From: Phoronis australis
Taxonomy: Eukaryota > Animalia > Phoronida
Length of the DNA: 64,000 nt
Direction of reading: 5' to 3'
NCBI GenBank assembly: GCA_002633005.1
Contig: NMRA01000070.1
Coordinates: forward strand, 1,064,474 to 1,128,473
Shown one piece after another: positions 1 to 13,612 of the stretch; position 1 is the stretch's first letter; each line of letters starts with the position of its first letter. The position numbers and the translations under genes are program-made. The notes beneath the pieces were generated by a model. That model was not told the origin of the DNA, made no database searches, and worked only from the letters and a program-made list of their open reading frames with translations.

Positions 1-795
1 GCAGATACATTGCTAATAATTCATGCAGTTCTGGCATCACATCCAAACGTCCCTGATTTTCAGCTGATGTTTTTTCACCCGACACAGATTTACTGGTATT
101 CGTCATTGCCTATTATGACAGGCTTCTCAGAAATACTTCAGTCTCCATGGCATCTGGGATTGTGGACAATATTATGTGCTGTCCGAGCAAAGACTCTTCC
201 GGCTTTTCATGTGTTTACATTCACGGAAAACACTGTTCCATTGTGTAGGTTGAATATATATTTGAAGGCAAACACTGATGATATCAATGCACTGCAGGCT
301 CTTGTACTGGTTATAAAGTAACAGGTGAGCCTCTTTTCACATTAGTACCCTTTTACATGTGCATACTCACCAAAGGGTATAGACACAAATACCGGTAGCA
401 TCCCAGCGCTGAGATGATACCTCTTCTGTAAGCATGTGGCTGACAGCGACAAACCTCCACCAACCATTGGTGCTTTGAAGCAGCATGTGCTGAGGGTGTT
501 TATTCAAGCAAGAATGGGGGGCCAGGCAGGTATTGCTCGACAGGCGTTCCTTGACCCATTGAGGAATGAAATTACAAGGACAAAGATGACCAGCGGAAAC
601 CCTCACAACTGAGGAGCTTCCGGTGCCAGAAGCTATCATTGGAATGGTTAGATGCCAGTGCAAAGATGCACTTGGCGAACAAAGGAGCTACGTTACACAG
701 ACCTGTGTCAGTGTAATGAAGAATATCAGAATGGTGATGATGATGTGATTCCTGGTGACAGTGATGATGATAGTAATGATCTATAGACTGATTTA
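1..795 (+). pseudogene. Frameshifted C-terminal fragment of a probable transposon-encoded protein (PIN/FEN-like acidic motifs followed by a Cys-rich tail)
   Basis: Motifs are spread over shifting frames: ADTLLIIHA, SPDTDLLV, LPAFHVFT, LPPT..ALKQHVLR, PEAIIGMVRCQC, then an acidic tail. They resemble an uncharacterised repeat-borne protein family of invertebrates (recalled, not searched). Confidence 0.5.
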
Positions 796-1119
796 AAAGT
801 TGTGAAAGACTACTGACACTACAAAAAACATACTTTCATGTTCTGCAAACGTAAATAAGTTGCTTAGATACTGATTTAGTTTAAGTGTCTTGAAGGAAAT
901 AAGCTCCAAGCAAAATATACAAGAAAGTACATGTAAGACAGTGATCATATGTGTTGGATTACATAAAGAATACATTTAGAAAATGTTGCTGCCAATAAAT
1001 GGGGTTTTGATTATATTCAATAAGTTGCATTTTCAGATTTCTTGGCCACATCCATTAAAACTAACATTGTAAGTGATGAATCAGCAAAGATATTGAGGAA
1101 AATGTATATTACGGGCACC

Positions 1120-1420
1120 ATTTTTAAAAATCCAAGATGGCCGCCAATAAAATTAAAATTTCCAATTTTGTGACCTGAGAAATGCAGGTGTAGTCATAGA
1201 AACCAACAGTCCAAGTGACCCAAAATTGGAGATATTGCGCAAAATCCATTTTACCCGCGCCACTTTTGAAAATCCAAGATGGCCGCCAAGATGGCCGCCA
1301 AAAAACGGAATCAATTATTTTCTGATTTTTCGTCCCATGACGTTTCCAAAAATGTTTAGTTTCCACTTTCCCAAAACAAACCAACAGAATTACACAACAA
1401 ACCCGACTATTAGGTCCTGA
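1120..1420. repeat. Probable subterminal region of the same element, with repeated CCAAGATGGCCGCC motifs
   Basis: AAAATCCAAGATGGCCGCC at about 1127 and about 1269, with a third copy in tandem at about 1286. Confidence 0.45.
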
Positions 1421-2429
1421 CGTTGACTGCCAGCAACTAACTTACAATGAACGACAGAATACCATTTGATGGCGAAATCACTTCAGGAAGGAAACTTGCC
1501 ATTGTGCCAAATATTAGTATTGATGAGTTTTTTGGTAAAATTAATAATTCCCTCTTAGCCATAAACATTCGTATAAGCTACTACCCGGCGGAGTCAGACC
1601 GTCTGGCCTGCCGTTTGCGGACATCTGTGTTCCGCGTGGCAAAATGAACACATTAATTAGCAACCCGGGCCTTGAATGAATGAAATTCACGTGACAAAGA
1701 GATTAAAAAATGCTGCGTCACGCTCCAATCACCGCAATATTTTACCATCGCTGATATACATGTACATCTCTGATATACACCCCCGCCCTGTTTTGGGGTG
1801 CGGAATTTTTATTCATGTATTTAGACAACAGAGGTATGTATTGTCAGTTTTTGTCACCTTATAAAATATATTTTCCCTAATCAAAGCCAATTTAGCAGCA
1901 GATTATTTTCCCGGCGAAAGGTCACTGCAACTGTAGGGGAATCACTTCGCTGACATGTGTCCGGGCAGCCTAATCAAGCACAGGTGCGCGATATTGCATT
2001 TGAGGTGTGGCGCTTACTATTTTGAGACAAAACACGTTCTTGTTTGTTGAAACATCGCCGTGTGTGGATGTTTTTTTTTCTATTTTACATTTTTGACGGC
2101 CAGTAAAGCCGGTGCAGATTTGCTGCCAAGTGCGCACTGCACTCACACGTCAGGGTAGTCACACGGAAATTGCTCACTTCAGGCTGGTACTTTGCTTCAG
2201 TTTCACGACATGGCGATAAAGATAAGAAATTTGCTGATCAATTAAGTTTTTCTTCTGATTTATTACTTAAACGGGTACTGTCGTATGCATGTACATGCAC
2301 AACACCCTCGGGGTCAAAACTGCGTTTTGTCTTTATTTTCTCCGGCACCGTTCTTTCACAAGTACATGTACACCTCGTTAACTCAATATTATTGCGACTC
2401 GGTGAAGGAAAGGACTAAGAATACATACA

Positions 2430-2525
2430 AAGAGGCTCTGTACCTGGAAGGAGATTCAATTTGAGTGTCATCCTTGTAACTTTTGACCTAGGATAAGTTA
2501 TAAACAAATTTCCACACGGTTGTGG
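2430..2525 (+). repeat. Dispersed repeat, copy 1 (copy 2 at about 18460-18553)
   Basis: GTAAC(T/C)TTTGACCT(A/C)GGATAAGT...AAACAAA..TCCACACGGTTG and the upstream sequence are shared between the two loci. Confidence 0.7.
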
Positions 2526-3574
2526 GGTTCCAAAGTGGTTCTGATAAATCTTTTTTTTTCTCGCTACACGGTATATATTTTGTATTTGAAGTTCCCCGAG
2601 AATGAAGATAAGGTACATTGTATTTTGCTACTAACGTGTGAAATATTGTAAAAATGGCCATTTTTGCCAAGGTTTGAGCTATCCTTGAACCACAAGTGAA
2701 ACTCGCCATGTTGACTATTTAGCCTCCTTGAATTCAGAGTTTTGCGTATGTTTTGGAAAATCCGTCGCCAATTGACCAATCACAATCTAGACAATTTAAT
2801 GAGATCAAGTAAGGACAAGGCTTCCGAGCTTTATACAGGATTATCCATGGACGCGCATTTGTGCCATTAGTGCATACTAAAAGGCACAAGTACATTACAA
2901 TAGTGCCCCCCATACTGGCGCATCTTTGAAAACGCAACCCCTCAAAAATACACGATTCTAGTCAACTTACTGCTACAGCACACATCACGAATTTTTGTCC
3001 TACTGGTCGGAAATTGGTCAACGACCGGTCGTCTAGCCGACCAGCAGCCGACCATCAACAGTCTGCTAGGAGTCGTCAGCTACGTCGCCTCTGCGGTAGG
3101 CAGTTGGGTCGGCAAACTGTTCGCCTAACCGACCGATTTGGATTATGCATATCCTCAGTCGGCAGTTAACGTTTTACAATGTATGTAGCCGATGAACTTT
3201 GGACAAACAAGGTACATGTATCAAATTTGCTGTTCGTTCTCCTGTGGCCACTCTAGTGAACCCCTTGTTTATTGACATTCTCTTGACTGAAGAACTTATG
3301 AAGTGCGTGGAATCAGAACAAAGTAACTATTTTCAGGAATTACCGACGGCGTGGTAAAATAAAACGTTAAATGTTCTAGGGTGAATATATTTTCGAACTT
3401 TGGCCATGAAGTATTTTTTACGTACAACAATGAAGACACGTTGAAATGTTACAGTGAAATTGTATAAACACTAAAAACAACGCTTTACGTGTTACGACAG
3501 CAGGGGTTTTAAAGCTGGGTAATGTTCAAAGAATACATCTGCAGCTCAAAACTGTAGTATAAGATGATCACTTA

Positions 3575-3810
3575 CTTAGAAACGTGGTAGGTTGTTAGCA
3601 GACGTTTCGACGTGGTCCGCCAGGTCTTTGTCAATGAATGAGGGATTTCCCGCCTTTCGATGGTTAAGAATGTTTGAATACATGGAAGGTAAGTGATGGC
3701 CTCGGTCCCGGTTCAAGAGGGGCCGCTGAATGCTGGTGTTTATTGGCTCATTTAGCTTGCGAGCATACATGTACCAGTTCTGTTCTTTAGCTAGGATCTG
3801 GATGCCTAAC
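3575..3810 (-). mobile_element. Penelope-like element, 3' fragment (GIY-YIG C-terminus plus pseudo-LTR)
   Basis: Minus-strand translation IQILAKEQNWY..ARKLNE..LLNRDRGHHLPSMYSNIL matches the end of PLE ORFs and is followed by a hammerhead-like motif. Confidence 0.7.
3598..3637 (-). ncRNA. Minimal hammerhead ribozyme-like motif (U3:A8 core variant)
   Basis: Minus strand: TTGACAA-A-GACCTGG-CGGA-CCACGTC-GAAAC-GTC. Stem II forms, but stem I is weak. Confidence 0.5.
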
Positions 3811-4259
3811 TCGCAATTGTACCATATTATAGCTATTGCTTTTGGTTACCACTGACTTCATCCTGTATTCGCATCTTCCTATTGAAAATTGTTATATTTT
3901 GTATAATTTTCTAATATACTGTTGATCGAGAAAAGTTTATTTTGGAAACGTTAACAACTGGTTGAACACCAGCGAACATTTGAACGTCACCGATGCATGG
4001 ACATGGCGAAAAAATTGGTTGTAGTGTCAACAGTATCCATTATTCATTGTTCGATGTCACTGTCGAAGTTCGTAAAAATCCTAACCATACATGTATGATT
4101 GCGATGTTTCCGCCTTCTGAGCCCGTGAGAACAGGCTTACAATAATGTGTGACACAACAGTTTCTGTCAGCAAACACTAAATTAGCATGAGCTCGTCAAT
4201 TAGTTTTATTGCACCTAAAGCCGGTAACGGTGAGAATAATTCATTTTAAACAGAACGCT

Positions 4260-4836
4260 AAACGCCAAAATATGGCAACTCGCAATCCCGACCTAGGACG
4301 AGCTAGAGCTCATCAGTCCCGACTTCGCAGGTGGATCGTTATGTTGTACAGGCTATCAATTCGAACAGGAATACAGTGATGAAGAAATACTAGAGAGGCG
4401 CCGTGAACAAGCTCAGACAACAGAACGTATGGAGTTATTTGGTAAGCCGGCATTCGTCAGGCACTGTCGACGTCTGCATGCCACAGACATGGAGATGTTT
4501 CACGGCCTCATACTTGCTATTTACAGCGTGCATTTCATTCTTCACTACCATGAGCCACTTCCTTAAGCATTTCGGACTCTCGGGGAAATAACAAAACGAT
4601 ATACCCGCTTTCCTCGCAGCTGCTTAGTTCGGACAAGCGGGAACGATGCACCGCAACATAGCGGCATTCACTCTATATATGAACCACTGACGTCGCTAGC
4701 GTCGTTTCTCACCTTCCTCACAGGTTAACGTGACATCTCTCGGCAAGGTAAGGTCGACCGTATGCGAGGCCAAGTGGATATTGACCGATTAAGACGGCAA
4801 AAAAGACTAATTAAATCGGGTGGCATTCTCCTTTAA
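4260..4836 (+). mobile_element. Possible Kolobok-type DNA transposon remnant
   Basis: Decayed frame GYQFEQEYSDEEILERRRE followed by GTAAG, and a terminus-like GGCATTCTCCTTTAA at about 4822-4836. The matching left end was not found. Confidence 0.3.
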
Positions 4837-7216
4837 GAAGCCAAGTACCACAGATCGTCATGCTAAAAAATAGAAAGACAAAGATTCTGAAGATTGAAGA
4901 ATCTATACTTTTCAGAGACGTTTTACTATAGGTTTGTTCGGAGTTAATTGAATCAAAGCTTCTAACACATGGAGATGTCATTTGCCTTTCAAAAATAAAG
5001 CAAGATTTTGAACCTATTTTTCAGAAAGCTGGTGTGCATGAAGTTGCGTGTATTTGGATAGACAATATTAAGAAACGACTGTTGAAGCTGCTCACTGTTG
5101 CAGTTTGTGCCGAACTAAGAGATACCGTGAATTGAGGCTAGTTTTCAATAAGTCACTGGTTTACACACTAATTAACACAGTCCATTATAACATGTTTTGA
5201 ATAAAAAATTTGCCCAAATCCTACCTGGGGGCGGATCCAGGATTTTGATTTGGGGTGCCAGGGCAGAATATTAGCCAGGATTTCGCCTGTCAGACATTCG
5301 CACCCCCGTAAATAGACATCCCGAACTTCTCCAACCCTGTTATTTCGTTTTATTTTTGTATTAAAAAAGTGTGAGCTGTAAATTTTATTTGTTGGTTTAG
5401 TCATAGAAAGAACATACTTTGATCATTGCCATGTATTTGTTTCATACTGTTTGCTAAACGCCGTCAGAATAACCTGTTATTTTTATAGTCTGTGTGTGTA
5501 CATTCACAGAAATCATTCAACTATACTGTTTTTGTATAATTTATTTCTGGTGTATTATGCAAACAAGCTACATTTTACACCATTAGTCAATGATTCAGTC
5601 ATTGAGGCACAAATTTTGCCTAGTTTCAAGTGTTGTGTGTTATTAATTTTTTTGTTGCCACACAATGCCAGAATAACATCCTAGTAACATTCCGACTGAG
5701 TTCGTATTTCTGCCACTAGGTGTCACTTTACATTTTAAATCTCACTGTTTACAATTAGTTTGCAATAGTGAAATATGTAATGTGAGTGTATTATTGTTCA
5801 GTGCAATGACATTGATGGGACCATATTACTTGTTTTACAAAAAGATGGCAAAACTGTTGTTTTTACAAATATAAGTTCACTAAGCTCTTAGGTGACAATT
5901 ATGTAACTTCAAACTCATATTTCTCAAAAATGTGCACTTTGTATGTGTGAACTTTTTAGATTTTAAAACACTCTAGTAAATGAATTAAAAAACACCAAAA
6001 TAAAATTGCCCCCCTAAAGTACTCATAAAAATCATTTTCTAGAAACTGAAATCTTGGCCCACCGCCTAATAATTTGGCAAGGTACCGCTAATGAATAATG
6101 ACGTAACGGCTTGTGCGTGAGAGCACAGATTTCATCCATTGAAAGTAAACGGCTTTGGCAGTCGATGTACTATAGTCTATGATGGCATTCTCTAGCGTAT
6201 CTTAAGAATGCCTTCACATGCGCGTGAGTATTTATAATCAGTAAGCTAATATTTCGCTGCATGCCTTGGACAAAGGGCAATAGCTTGTACATGTACATGT
6301 ATATGCCTGTTTCATATGCCATTGTTTCGCTGCACCCCAGGCTGCAGGCACTATACCTCTGTATACTGGACACTCAATTGACCAACAGAGCACAGCTAAC
6401 GGAAGACAAAGCAATTTTCCGGAAGTAGTTTCGCTCAAGCAAGGGATGTTATTGTCGGAAAGTAGTTACACTTATTAAAATCACCAAGTACTGACAAAAA
6501 AGCCAGTGCTAGGTTCATTTTCGTATTTCATTTCATTCCAGTCCCTATTTAATATTACAAAAGTTTTGTATTTGTTATTAATCTTGTTGTGAACTATTCT
6601 TGCACTAAATGCTTGGTCATGTCAAATTACCTAAGTACTTAACACATTGGAATTAGAGACAAATAAATACAAATGAGCTAGATGAGTGACAATCATGGAT
6701 ATACACACCATTAACAAACGGATTGGTTAAAGATGAAAAAACACCAAAATCAAAAACTGGAGAGTGAGAATACAATGTTAAGCTAATAAAAATATATCAT
6801 TAAGCCAGCATTAAAAATTAATCAAAGTAAGTTCTTCTAAAATCGTGTCTTATTAACCAAAAACTTTTCTCGGCTAAAAGTAGAAAGACTTGAAAATGAC
6901 TTTGAAATGCACACAATTTCCTCAAGTACATTCCAATCTTAATTGTTAGGCCCACTGTTGAAATTTCTTTGGTATCAGTGTCGTTGTTGGTTATTTGTTC
7001 ACTGTTTACACCGTTAATTTAGTGTCCCACCCAACCTAGACAATTGTATAGGACCCTTACATTACATTTGTACATGCTCATAACTTCACAAACATGGTTC
7101 CAGCTATAGTGTATACCTGAGGGTCATTTGATCGTTAGTGCTCTCTTATTGTTGGCAAGAGCAATGACCTGGTTTCTGTGACGTAATATTTTGCTCTTTA
7201 TGACCTTGCCTGTTTT

Positions 7217-7758
7217 ATGTACATCATGACAACGTTTTCCCGGTCAGTGACTTTACCAGACGTAGGGGGTGCTGAGCGTGTGATAACATCTATAGCTTCT
7301 TTGTTAGCTGGCAAGCCCACTCTCTTGTATGTTATTACAACAAGCAGACCAATTATCTACTAGGTTTGTTACAGACCACGCGTGAACACAGGCAAACTCA
7401 AAGTGAATTGGTGTATTCGGAAAGAATATATTGTCGTAACTTTGGTTGCAGTTGGGCGATTTTGGCGATTCAAAAACTAAACATGATCACCATTTGACGA
7501 AGATTCAAAGAGACTATTGGTTTATTTTCACATATGTTTTAACTTATATTTTATTTTTAAAGGCACAGCCCAGTCAGGGTAGATACGATCTTATTGGAGA
7601 TTAGAGCAATTATCGAACAAAAGAGAGCTGGCCCTCCAACCATAAATGCCAGAATGGAGTTAATCAGTCGTGTAAGATATTGGCTAGAGGAGTAAACTTC
7701 CCAACTTGTTGTTGAGCCATAGAAACGAAGTTGGGAGCAACGGGAAAACGCCGTAATG
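7217..7758 (+). repeat. Dispersed repeat of about 540 bp, copy 1 (copy 2 at 32012-32852)
   Basis: Colinear similarity from TCAGTGACTTTACCAGACGTAGGGG to AAGTTGGGAGCAA..GGGA.AACGCCGTAATG. Confidence 0.9.
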
Positions 7759-7953
7759 TGTATGAAAATGTAACAATGACGTAAAATGTAATAGTTGTTA
7801 CATTTTACGGCGTATCAGTGCCATTAAAAATACATTAATTGCAGGCGGTCTGATACATGTTGTAGCAGACGTGCTCAGGCCGCGCATGTGGGCCCATTAC
7901 ACTGATCACCTGAAACCATTTTTATGCCTAGTAATACATACAATATGTAATAA

Positions 7954-8483
7954 TAAAAACAACAACGGATTTAAAACGGCTTGACATGTTTCGGTGTCGT
8001 TTAATTTAAACACCATCATCAGAAGAGAGGACATATAGTGGCCACCTCAGTAGCGAGGCCTAACAACAAGTGATGAAACAGTAGTGTACAAATTTATCTG
8101 TGATGGATGTAGCTCCAGTTATATAGGCGAAACTGTTCGCCATTTGAAAACCAGGCCCAGGGAGCATCTAAATTCTGACAGAGGGTCACATTTAAATATC
8201 CATCCACAGCTAGAGCTCCAATCGTTGTTATCAGCAATGCTCTTTCAATGACTCTGCTAGCAGAAACAACAAAGGTGTGCAAGCCCAACCTCAATAGGTA
8301 CATGTAACTGGCACACCACATGTTGTCATTGTTGGTCTAGTTTATTGTCACTCCCTGTAACTGTCTGTGTCTGTGTTTCATCACTTGTTGTTGGGCCTAG
8401 TTAGGCGGCCACTATACTCTCTCTTCTTCTGATGATGGTGTTTAAATAAACGACACCGTTTTAAATCCGTTGTTATTTTTTAC
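7954..8483 (+). mobile_element. 5'-truncated Penelope-like element with an inverted pseudo-LTR
   Basis: 8081-8300 encodes VVYKFICDGCSSSYIGETVRHLKTRPREHL...KPNLNR (GIY-YIG endonuclease). 7954-8080 is the reverse complement of about 8374-8483. Confidence 0.85.
7980..8025 (-). ncRNA. Minimal type I hammerhead ribozyme
   Basis: Minus strand: CTT-CTGATGA-T-GGTGT-(loop)-ACACC-GAAAC-AT-GTC-AAG. It has an intact core, stem II, a palindromic ACATGT stem III, a GUC cleavage triplet and a CTT/AAG stem I. Confidence 0.8.
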
Positions 8484-8990
8484 TTGGCGAAATTCTATCG
8501 AACTCGCCAAGTTTGTTGCTTTGACATCAATTTTTTTTGTTCGCACTCTGCAGGTTGCATTTTCGGCCGATTTCCACGAAATTTAGACACAAGCTCTTGT
8601 TCCGGAATTCCTAAAAGCATACTGTTTTTGTTATGATCGGATCTAAGATGGCGGACGTGGCTGCCATTTTGTTTTCAATTTCAGATTCAAACACTAGTAG
8701 AGGCTGTAAGTTTTAGGTTCACGGCTGAAAATCAGCATGTATATTGTACCATACATGTTCTACATTTGTGCTGAGAATCATTTACTTCCGATTAACGATG
8801 GCGGAAATATAGGCAAGTGCCCATGCGCACCTCGATTTCAGGCAAAAAAACGTTTTCTCCTGTAGAGGACGCATTATAAAACCAATTTCAGTTAATAATT
8901 TTTCATAAAATGCTATTATTCAGATTTAAAAACCGGAAGTTGCTTTTAAGATGGCGGATCTGGCGCTAATAGTCTCCTGCACAGACCCAC
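8480..8990 (+). mobile_element. Probable non-autonomous Helentron-like element of a second family
   Basis: T-run followed by a CTTGGCGA...TCGCCAAG hairpin. Repeated (A/C)GATGGCGGA motifs at about 8646, 8795 and 8948 (about 150-bp spacing). Confidence 0.35.
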
Positions 8991-11900
8991 GAGATTGGTT
9001 GGCGTCTGCTACAGGGCAGTTTTCCATCCGCATTCTTGGAATATCATTGGCTGTTCCGATTTCAAGAAACAAGGCATTCTATTGGTCAGTTGTATAATAG
9101 GTCAAACTAGTTCACCAACATGGCGACTTCCAGTGAAAGAATGTCGGTGGATTTACAGCTGCTTAAATTTTTCTGTTTTGATCGAACTCCTGCATTTCAA
9201 AGCTACCGAGTCAAGGAATACATCACCAGTAACGTATACGAAACATTTTATGATAATTTTCCAGTATACTATGCTGGATTCTGAAGTAATGTGATTTTTT
9301 ACGAAATAATTTGTGGAAGAAATAGGCACTACCTGCCATTACCATTATCCCATTAGACCACCCAAACAACAGTCGCGTACTATACCACCGAAAAGCGGGA
9401 AAGGACTAGCTGAGTGCGTCGCGGCCACGGGAGATTGTCTCGATCTTTTCAGAGTACACCCTCTCGTATGTTAACATCTTCATGTGCGTTATATATACGT
9501 TCCCGTGAATGCCGTGAAGGTTGAACTGGTGGGTCAGATAAGGATATAATACACTGTCACTGGCACACTTGTCACTTCTAACAGGAGTTAGGAGCATAAA
9601 AATACAGTCAATGGTCCTAAATACGCAAACATTAATCAGTCTAGCAATAGCGTTATAATGACTGATTTTATCGCTTTTGGCGGTGCCATTCAGCAGTGCC
9701 TTTGACTCCCATCGTACAGTCATACGGAGTATTCAATTACGGTATTTCGGAGGTTGTTTGTTGCTGTGAAATTATGATTATACCCACTCTTTTCTATAAT
9801 CAGCAACATAAAACCTCACCCTTTTGTGAGTTGGCGCAGTCATTAAAACTGACCCATTTTGATGAGAGCCTCAACTTAATGAAAGAGTCAACTTTTCTGA
9901 TAAAATAATTACGTAAAGTTATTATTTACAGGGAATTGAATTTCAACAAGAATCTCTCTGGGCTGTATTCTTTTTAACACAACAAGCCTCAGTTGTATGT
10001 GAAATCTTCAGTGGTTTTGGTGGAAAAATCATCAATGAGTAAATATTTTTGTGTGGAATTTATTTGGTAATTCGCCCTTTCATGCTGACTGTTGCAATGC
10101 CTGAGTGTCCTCTCTCTCCTGGACCCCGACTCGTCGACTGTTTCATTTTTTGCTTTCCGCATTCACATGACATCAAGTGTTGCAGTTTGCAACAATCATC
10201 TATTAATTTCAGTCTAATTGCAAAACAATGTCTCGGAACCATTCTAAAACATTCCGAAACTACTAAGGTTCGCTGTAATCAAAGCATCCTCGAGTTAGAC
10301 ATTGTAAGCAAGTGGATTTAAAAACCTGGTTCGTTGAAATGACTAGTTGCAAAAACATCTCACAAATTCAAAATTGGGAGCTCAAGGTACTTCAAAGATT
10401 TTGAGTTAGGTCACTTAACGCAAATTGACGGTTTATTGCGCGTTAGATGGGTTGGATTGTTTTCCAGGCAATAGTCACTCACTGGCAATCCGCATTTTGA
10501 GAACAAGTTTTAATGTCTGCTATGCAGTGAAAAACAGGTTCCTGTTATGCTGTTGAAAACACTGCATGGTTCTCAAAGTGGGGGTCACCTGTATGTGACT
10601 ATTACCATTGTGTTTGCTCAGTGTTTTGAACAACATGCTAGTGTGTCATTCTTGTGGTTAGGATCTACATAATACAGCAGTGATTTTAGTCAACATTTCA
10701 GTCTTTTCGAACAGTTTTTCAAAATTACAAATTTGACTCCTATTGAGGGGGCCTCCTCGTGGCAAGAGTTGGGCAGTGTGAATTGCTTCAGAACATTTGC
10801 ACTGGCAAACACCCTCACGTTGACTTAAAATTAAAACCCGCGATGTCATTAATGTGTTCCTAGAAACATTACACTCATAGGCTACAAATCACACAACTGT
10901 CATGAAATTTGTCTAACCATTGGGAACTTTATTTTGCTGATGTATTGATCAGAAATATGGTTTAGGTTAGGGATAGACTGCAGTACTAAGTCTGGGCACT
11001 ATAGTGATGGGGCGCACAACAGGGCTACCCCATCTTCATTGCCGACCCTTTCCCTGATAGAAACTCATTCCGGTTTTGTGCTTGCCTAGCTCCCATGTCC
11101 CTTGTTCATGCAGTGCCTCCAGGTTGCCTCTCATCACAATCACAATCATTGGTCACCAACAATTTCTGTTGAATAATTCTGACTACACCAATGGTGCTGG
11201 GGAAATAGGTCATTAAAGACCCGACTACCATTCAAATTGCACATTCACTGCCTTGTGAAAGCATAGACCATTATTAAAATAACACCTGGGCCCTGGGTTT
11301 CAACTTTTTACTAGACATTATTTTTGTTATTTATGACAATTAATGATCCCAGCATTGGAGCTAAGAGTTTGAGTCTGAGCTCGAGGTTTTGCTTGAAATC
11401 TTGAGAATTTACTTAAATTTTAGTTCGAATCTAGTGGTCCTTAAGTACTATCTTGAACTTGAAAGGAAGTGGACTGGAAGTGACAAAAACAATTTCGAGT
11501 TCAATTTGGATTGAAAGCATCACTCTAGAGGTGTATTTCCAAAACATGATGATCTAATAATCCCTTTTCAGGGTTTTAAATCAATCCATCAAGACTGAGC
11601 TAGAACCTGTTTAGCCCAAAAAGCATTTAAATACAATGTGGAGAATAAGAAAGCATCTGTACTAAAATGAACCCATTTTACTGAAGTTACTTGTCCACAA
11701 AGTGTACCATTTTTTTAAGCTGCTATTAACCCAACCTTTTTTAGAACCGTCATGTAACAACATAAGATTGGTCTCACTACCAACAATGTTGTTTTTGGCC
11801 TAAATAGTAGCACAATTCTAATCAAAATTGGTCGCATGGAGATTGCCATATCCAGCATGTGGATTTGGATACTAGTGTTTGGTGTCAGTCTTCGCGTGTG

Positions 11901-13612
11901 TGCTCGTGGTTAGACTCTTGATCTCGTACTGTTCCTTACTGAGATTACATGTGGCACATTGGCTTCCGTTAGTTTGTTATTGCTTAAGACCTGGTGCAAT
12001 AACCATGGCTTTGAGCAACAACAAAGTTTGAGTTCTTCCAAGTCCACTAAGGAACAAGTTGAGACAGGGATAGAAACATGGTTTGGAATTTTCTCTCGAG
12101 CATTTCATTTTTTTTTTGTTTTTATTTCCGTTTGTTTGATTTTAAACCTCTTTTTTATCATTACTTTGACTTCATTCATGCAAAGACTTTTATTTTTATT
12201 CAATTTTACACGAAAAATATTTCTATCACACAACCCTATTTGTGAAACGATACGTCATCTCGAAAATTTTCCTCTTTTAGTCTTTCCAATTACTGTATCT
12301 AGTGGTAAGTTGTTCAGATCAAAATTTATTCTTTGTCACATACAATGCATTCATAGCACCTTTAAAGGAGTTTAATTCGAAGGAAATATTGAAGCCAGTA
12401 GACACCAGCTGATAAGCGCATTCTGAAATCAACAATTGTGCTTGTACTTTCCAAGATGTTCAACCCACATTGTTAGTTATAGGGATAAGGTTCATTCCAC
12501 CATCCTTGGGCTTTCAGGGTACTCTCCTTAAACCATTCCAAGGGGGGACTCCCACAGGTTTATACAGGACATGACACTCAGCTGGGTGATTTCTTTCAAA
12601 CAATTTCTCTTCAAAATGGTGCTTGAAAAATCCCTACCAAAGAAAACTCTTTCCCATGAATACAACGGGTTTCACTCTGGAAGTTAAAAACACTGCAAAT
12701 GGTACATTTTCCTACTGCAGAAGGGGCTTTATTACGATACTTGTATTTTTAAAACATCGGGCACCAGACTCATTTTTGACAATAGGAATCTCTGAGCCGG
12801 CTTCTTCAAGCTTAATGAGTGAAAAAGACAGCTGTCCAAGAATTGCTACGAAAGAATTCAGTTGTTAGCATTAACCCTTATAAAAAGATCGTGCATTTGT
12901 AACATTAGGCTACATTTTCATTGAACTCCAAACCTCAGATCACATACCTAATGTTTTTTAGCTACTGTCTAAGTGGGTGGAGATTCTTCTAGTACCAGAT
13001 TATTTATAAAACTAGAGCTTAGGGCTTATTTGCGACATCTCTCGGGTATTTTCGTAGCTACAAATTTATCCTCGGAACAACTAGAGCACCTCGGCTATTT
13101 TCCTATTTACAAATTTTTCTTCGAAACACTTCGGTTATTTTCGTAGCCTCAACTATCCTCTCAGAGATTAACGTTATCCAAAATATGGGAAGTCACGTGA
13201 TTTTCAGTCTTGAGAATAGTATGCTAACTGAACACTGCACACTTGCACAGTGCGTTTGAGGTTACGAAAACACCCAAGGTGTTCTGGATGCCCTTGGAAG
13301 CAATTGTTTTCAGTGCATGCTTGAACTTTGGTCATTATGGCCAATTATTCTCCACTACGTTTGAAAGTCAACACACGTTAAACTCACCAAGGTGATTTGA
13401 ATTGCTTAGTACCCTTAAGTTGTGCAGGATCCCACCTCAAAGAGGGAAATGGGAAGAAAATACTATGGCAACGAGGGGAGGGGTGTAGCTCGAGAATTGT
13501 TGCTACCTGGAGGGTAGAAAATTGTGGTGTTCTAGGGAGTGAACACTGTGTCGGCCACGATTGTACGAAGTGGTGGAAATTGGGCGCCAGCTGTGTCTAC
13601 TGTAACAATGCA

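Noticed and set aside
11880-12480. Lys-rich and Cys-containing minus-strand stretch, and a 138-aa plus-strand ORF
   Set aside because: Multiple stops on the minus strand and low complexity; no family could be supported.
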